From: Nitrosomonas sp.
GTDB taxonomy: Bacteria; Pseudomonadota; Gammaproteobacteria; Burkholderiales; Nitrosomonadaceae
Assembly (NCBI GenBank): GCA_044228295.1
Contig: JBGAVE010000008.1
Span: 15,235-79,234 of the forward strand
Length of the DNA stretch: 64,000 nt
Direction of reading: 5' to 3'
Shown: piece by piece, positions 60,566 through 64,000 of the stretch
Position numbering within the stretch: the first letter of the stretch is position 1
Layout of the letters: the number at the start of each line of letters is the position of its first letter
The notes under the pieces: model-generated
The model's database searches: none
What the model saw: the letters and a program-made list of their open reading frames with translations, nothing else
What the model was told of the DNA's origin: nothing
Program-made: the position numbers and the translations under genes

Positions 60566-63238
60566 ATGGCTCAAATTAGTGTAGAACAATTTGCTCGTGA
60601 ACTTGGGTTGCAACCCACGATTTTACTCGAGCAACTTAAAGCCGCTGGCGTAAAAAAAGTAATGACTGAGGATGCTTTGACCGAGCAAGACAAAAATCAA
60701 CTTCTGGAATATCTTAGAAAAACGCATGGTGCTCCAGAATCGAAAAGTAAAATCACCTTAACGCATCGTCAAACGACTGAAATTAGAAAATCAGACAGCG
60801 CTGGACGTCCGCGAACCATTCAAATCGAAGTTAGAAAAAAACGCGTACTACAAAAACCTGCTGATCAAATCGTCCAGGAAGAGCCTAAGCCTGTTGAAGT
60901 TCCGCCACAAAATACTACAACGTCATTGCCCAGTAAAGAGAAATTTACTATCGATGCGGAAGAGTTAGCGTTACGTGAAGCGGAAGCGAAAAAGCAAGCA
61001 GAATTAATCGCTCGTCAAACAGAGGAAATCAAGTTAAAGCGAGCTCGTAAAAAAATCGATGTGCCAGAAGATAAGAAGAAAGATACTCAGGCAGTTGCTT
61101 CTGCGGCAGAAACGACTTCAAATGGTAAAAGTGAAATAATTCAAACAGATAAAACAGCGGTTCCTAGCACTCAAGTTGAAGCTGCATCAACCGTAGCGAC
61201 CGATACTTCGATAACTGCTAAAACTAAAGCTGTTCCATCAGGCAATCTTGCAGAAGGTACATTGCATAAGCCGGCCGTTGTAAGTGAAGAAAAAACAGAT
61301 AAAAAGAAAAAGCAGGTTAAAGAACAAAGTGTTTGGAAAGATGAAAGTGTCAAGAAGCGTGCGTTTAAAACTCGTAACGAAATTTCAAATACAGGCTGGC
61401 GTGCACCTCGTAAGGAAAAACATAGTAAACAAACCGTGGTGGAAGACACCAACCAGCATGCTTTTTCGGCACCCACTGAGCCTATCGTTCGTGAAATTAT
61501 GGTACCCGAGACGATTTCTGTCAGTGCTTTAGCGCAGAAGATGTCGATCAAAGCTGCCGACGTCATCAGAGTGCTGATGAAAATGGGTAGTATGGTCACC
61601 ATCAATCAGATGCTTGACCAAGATACGGCTATGATCGTTGTTACAGAGATGGGGCATACCGCAAAATACGCGGAAATCGATAATCCTGAAGCTTTCTTAA
61701 CGGATCAGGAAAGTTCTAATACTGAAGCGATATTAGAGTCCCGTGCACCCGTTGTTACGGTAATGGGGCATGTCGATCACGGTAAAACTTCGTTGTTAGA
61801 TTATATTCGTCGCACACGTGTTGCAACCGGTGAGGCAGGTGGCATTACACAGCATATCGGCGCATATCATGTCGAAACTAGCCACGGTATGATTACCTTC
61901 TTGGATACTCCAGGGCATGAAGCATTTACTGCTATGCGCGCGCGCGGTACTAGGATTACTGATATCGTAATTTTAGTAGTTGCTGCGGATGACGGTGTTA
62001 TGCCGCAAACTATTGAAGCGATTCACCACGCTAAAGCTGCAAAAATTCCAATCATTGTGGCCGTAAACAAAATTGATAAATCTGAAGCCAATCCAGAACG
62101 TATTCGTCATGAACTAGTAAGTCATGAGGTTGTTCCTGAAGATTGGGGGGGCGATACCATGTTTGTTGAAGTTTCTGCAAAGGCTGGTACGGGGATCGAT
62201 AGCTTACTTGAAAGCATTTTGTTGCAAGCGGAAGTGCTTGAACTGAAAGCACCTGCCAATACTCCAGCGAAAGGAGTGGTAATCGAATCACGATTAGATA
62301 AAGGGCGTGGCCCTGTTGCGACTATTTTGGTGCAATCCGGTATGCTAAATCGCGGTGACGTATTATTGGCGGGAGGCGTGTACGGAAAAGTGCGGGCCAT
62401 GAACGATGAAAATGGTAAAGCGATTAAAACAGCTGGCACGTCAATTCCTGTTGAGATTCAGGGGCTCGCCGAAGTTCCAGAGGCTGGAGAAACTGTAATC
62501 GTTCTTAACGATGAACGCAAAGCGCGTGAAATTGCGTTATTTCGGCAAGGTAAGTATCGCGATGTTAAACTGGCTAAACAGCAAGCCGCGAAGCTTGAAA
62601 ATATTTTCGATCAGCAAGCTGACGTTAAAATTTTGGCTTTGATTATCAAATCGGACGTACAAGGTTCGTGCGAGGCGCTGGCTTATGCACTGCAAAAGCT
62701 TTCTACTGACGAAGTCAAGGTCAACATTGTGCATAGCGGTGTAGGTGCCATTATCGAATCGGACATTAACTTATCGCTTGCTTCAAAAGCGGTGGTGATA
62801 GGCTTTAATGTTCGCGCTGATGCCAGCGCTCGGAAATTAATAGCGTCTAGTGGTGTTGACGTACGGTATTACAATATTATTTACGAAGCAGTTGACGAAG
62901 TTAAAGCGGCACTTTCGGGTATGATGTCACCTGATCGCAAAGAAAATATACAGGGTATGGTGGATATTCGCGAGATTTACCGTATTCCGAAAGTTGGTAC
63001 CGTCGCAGGATGCTATGTTCTCGATGGAATCGTAAAAAGAAGCTCAATGGTGAGAGTGATTCGTGATGGTTTGATTGTGCATAGTGGTGAATTGGATTCG
63101 CTAAAGCGGTTTAAAGACGATGCTAAAGAAGTGCGCGAAGGATTCGAATGTGGCATCTCTCTGAAAAACTTCAACGATATACAGGTTGGTGACCAACTTG
63201 AAGTGTACGAGATTGTCGAAACAGCGCGTACTTTATAA
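60566..63238 (+). CDS. infB: Translation initiation factor IF-2
   Basis: [20 protein letters not shown] and C-terminal ECGI motifs. Confidence 0.98.
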   Translation: MAQISVEQFARELGLQPTILLEQLKAAGVKKVMTEDALTEQDKNQLLEYLRKTHGAPESKSKITLTHRQTTEIRKSDSAGRPRTIQIEVRKKRVLQKPADQIVQEEPKPVEVPPQNTTTSLPSKEKFTIDAEELALREAEAKKQAELIARQTEEIKLKRARKKIDVPEDKKKDTQAVASAAETTSNGKSEIIQTDKTAVPSTQVEAASTVATDTSITAKTKAVPSGNLAEGTLHKPAVVSEEKTDKKKKQVKEQSVWKDESVKKRAFKTRNEISNTGWRAPRKEKHSKQTVVEDTNQHAFSAPTEPIVREIMVPETISVSALAQKMSIKAADVIRVLMKMGSMVTINQMLDQDTAMIVVTEMGHTAKYAEIDNPEAFLTDQESSNTEAILESRAPVVTVMGHVDHGKTSLLDYIRRTRVATGEAGGITQHIGAYHVETSHGMITFLDTPGHEAFTAMRARGTRITDIVILVVAADDGVMPQTIEAIHHAKAAKIPIIVAVNKIDKSEANPERIRHELVSHEVVPEDWGGDTMFVEVSAKAGTGIDSLLESILLQAEVLELKAPANTPAKGVVIESRLDKGRGPVATILVQSGMLNRGDVLLAGGVYGKVRAMNDENGKAIKTAGTSIPVEIQGLAEVPEAGETVIVLNDERKAREIALFRQGKYRDVKLAKQQAAKLENIFDQQADVKILALIIKSDVQGSCEALAYALQKLSTDEVKVNIVHSGVGAIIESDINLSLASKAVVIGFNVRADASARKLIASSGVDVRYYNIIYEAVDEVKAALSGMMSPDRKENIQGMVDIREIYRIPKVGTVAGCYVLDGIVKRSSMVRVIRDGLIVHSGELDSLKRFKDDAKEVREGFECGISLKNFNDIQVGDQLEVYEIVETARTL

Positions 63239-63266
63239 AATTTCCTTAAGCTGAGAGAATATAAAT

Positions 63267-63656
63267 GTGATTAAAAAACAAGAAAATTCACGCACTTTAC
63301 GTGTTGCTGATCAAATACAGCGGGAATTAGCCGACCTTTTACAACGCGAAATCAAGGATGCTCGCGCTAAAAGTATCACTATTACTGCGGTAGAAGTTAC
63401 TCGAGATTATAGTCATGCCAAAGTATTTTATTCAATACTGGGGAGTTCTGAAGAAATTTTTCTTGCACAAAACGGCTTGGATAATGCGAAGGGTTTTTTG
63501 CGCTCGCAGCTGTCGAGTCGCATGAAATTACGAATTACACCTGAATTAAATTTCGTTTACGATGAATCGATTGAGCGAGGTATGCGCTTATCGAAATTGA
63601 TCGACGATGCGGTCGCACAAGACAAAGTTTTGCAACAAAGCAACCCTGAGCAATGA
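63267..63656 (+). CDS. rbfA: Ribosome-binding factor A
   Basis: RVADQIQRELA and MKLRITPELNF.YDES. Confidence 0.95.
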   Translation: MIKKQENSRTLRVADQIQRELADLLQREIKDARAKSITITAVEVTRDYSHAKVFYSILGSSEEIFLAQNGLDNAKGFLRSQLSSRMKLRITPELNFVYDESIERGMRLSKLIDDAVAQDKVLQQSNPEQ

Positions 63657-63686
63657 TTTAAGAACTCTCGCTACTCGTTATTTCCT

Positions 63687-64000
63687 CTGAATAAACCGAT
63701 TCAAAAAATTGCACGACGGAACATAAGCGGCGTTTTATTATTGGATAAAGCTTTAGGCGCTTCTTCCAACCAAGCTGTCCAGTCAATTAAGCGGCTTTTT
63801 TCTGCTGCAAAGTGCGGACATACGGGGACGTTGGATCCTATGGCTACCGGATTACTGCCACTCTGTCTGGGCGAGGCCACCAAGTTTTCTTCCATGCTTT
63901 TAGGGGCAGATAAAACCTATCAAGCTACTCTTAAATTAGGTTATCTCAGTACCACAGGGGATATCGAGGGTGAGCTTTTTCAAGTTGCTGGACACACTGC
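63687..64000 (+). CDS. truB: tRNA pseudouridine(55) synthase, 5' part (runs off the window; start codon non-canonical)
   Basis: Frame reads [36 protein letters not shown]; not in the ORF track. Confidence 0.92.
   Translation, partial: MNKPIQKIARRNISGVLLLDKALGASSNQAVQSIKRLFSAAKCGHTGTLDPMATGLLPLCLGEATKFSSMLLGADKTYQATLKLGYLSTTGDIEGELFQVAGHT

Noticed and set aside
1-64000. CRISPR array, rRNA, integron or prophage
   Set aside because: No regularly spaced repeats, rRNA-like stretches, integrase/attC sites or phage structural genes were seen

Overview
Low-GC betaproteobacterial chromosome segment; gene order and protein sequences look Nitrosomonas-like (inference, not confirmed). The core genes are the rubrerythrin/Fe-S oxidoreductase/DUF3501 operon, xth, glnA, recQ, pepP-murU-amgK, ubiK-comM, rsmB-family-purN-purM, an hpnO-like aminotransferase, perM-hda, lysS, a MacAB-like exporter, and rimP-nusA-infB-rbfA-truB. 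Two accessory regions interrupt them. (1) An ~18 kb island bounded by a duplicated comM 3' end (14982-15443 and 33116-33574). It carries a giant 2,281-aa MnxG-like multicopper oxidase with a beta-propeller protein, two SCO proteins and a cytochrome c; the cluster is preceded by perfect CRP-like and FNR-like boxes. The island also holds an intact IS5-family element, an arsR-arsI-arsC-arsD-arsA cluster with no permease, and a tandem-HTH gene at the junction, but no integrase. Just beyond it lie an ApeA-like HEPN gene, a decayed IS481 and a 39-codon MMPL/HpnN-like tail. (2) A second, complementary ars cluster (arsR-arsI frameshifted-arsC-arsB-arsD, no arsA), followed by a block with a LuxR-type regulator, a secreted protein and an M11-like metalloprotease, bracketed by two related ~110-120 bp MITE-like elements. 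No rRNA, tRNA or CRISPR array was seen. All assignments come from motif reading and recall of families; no searches were run.
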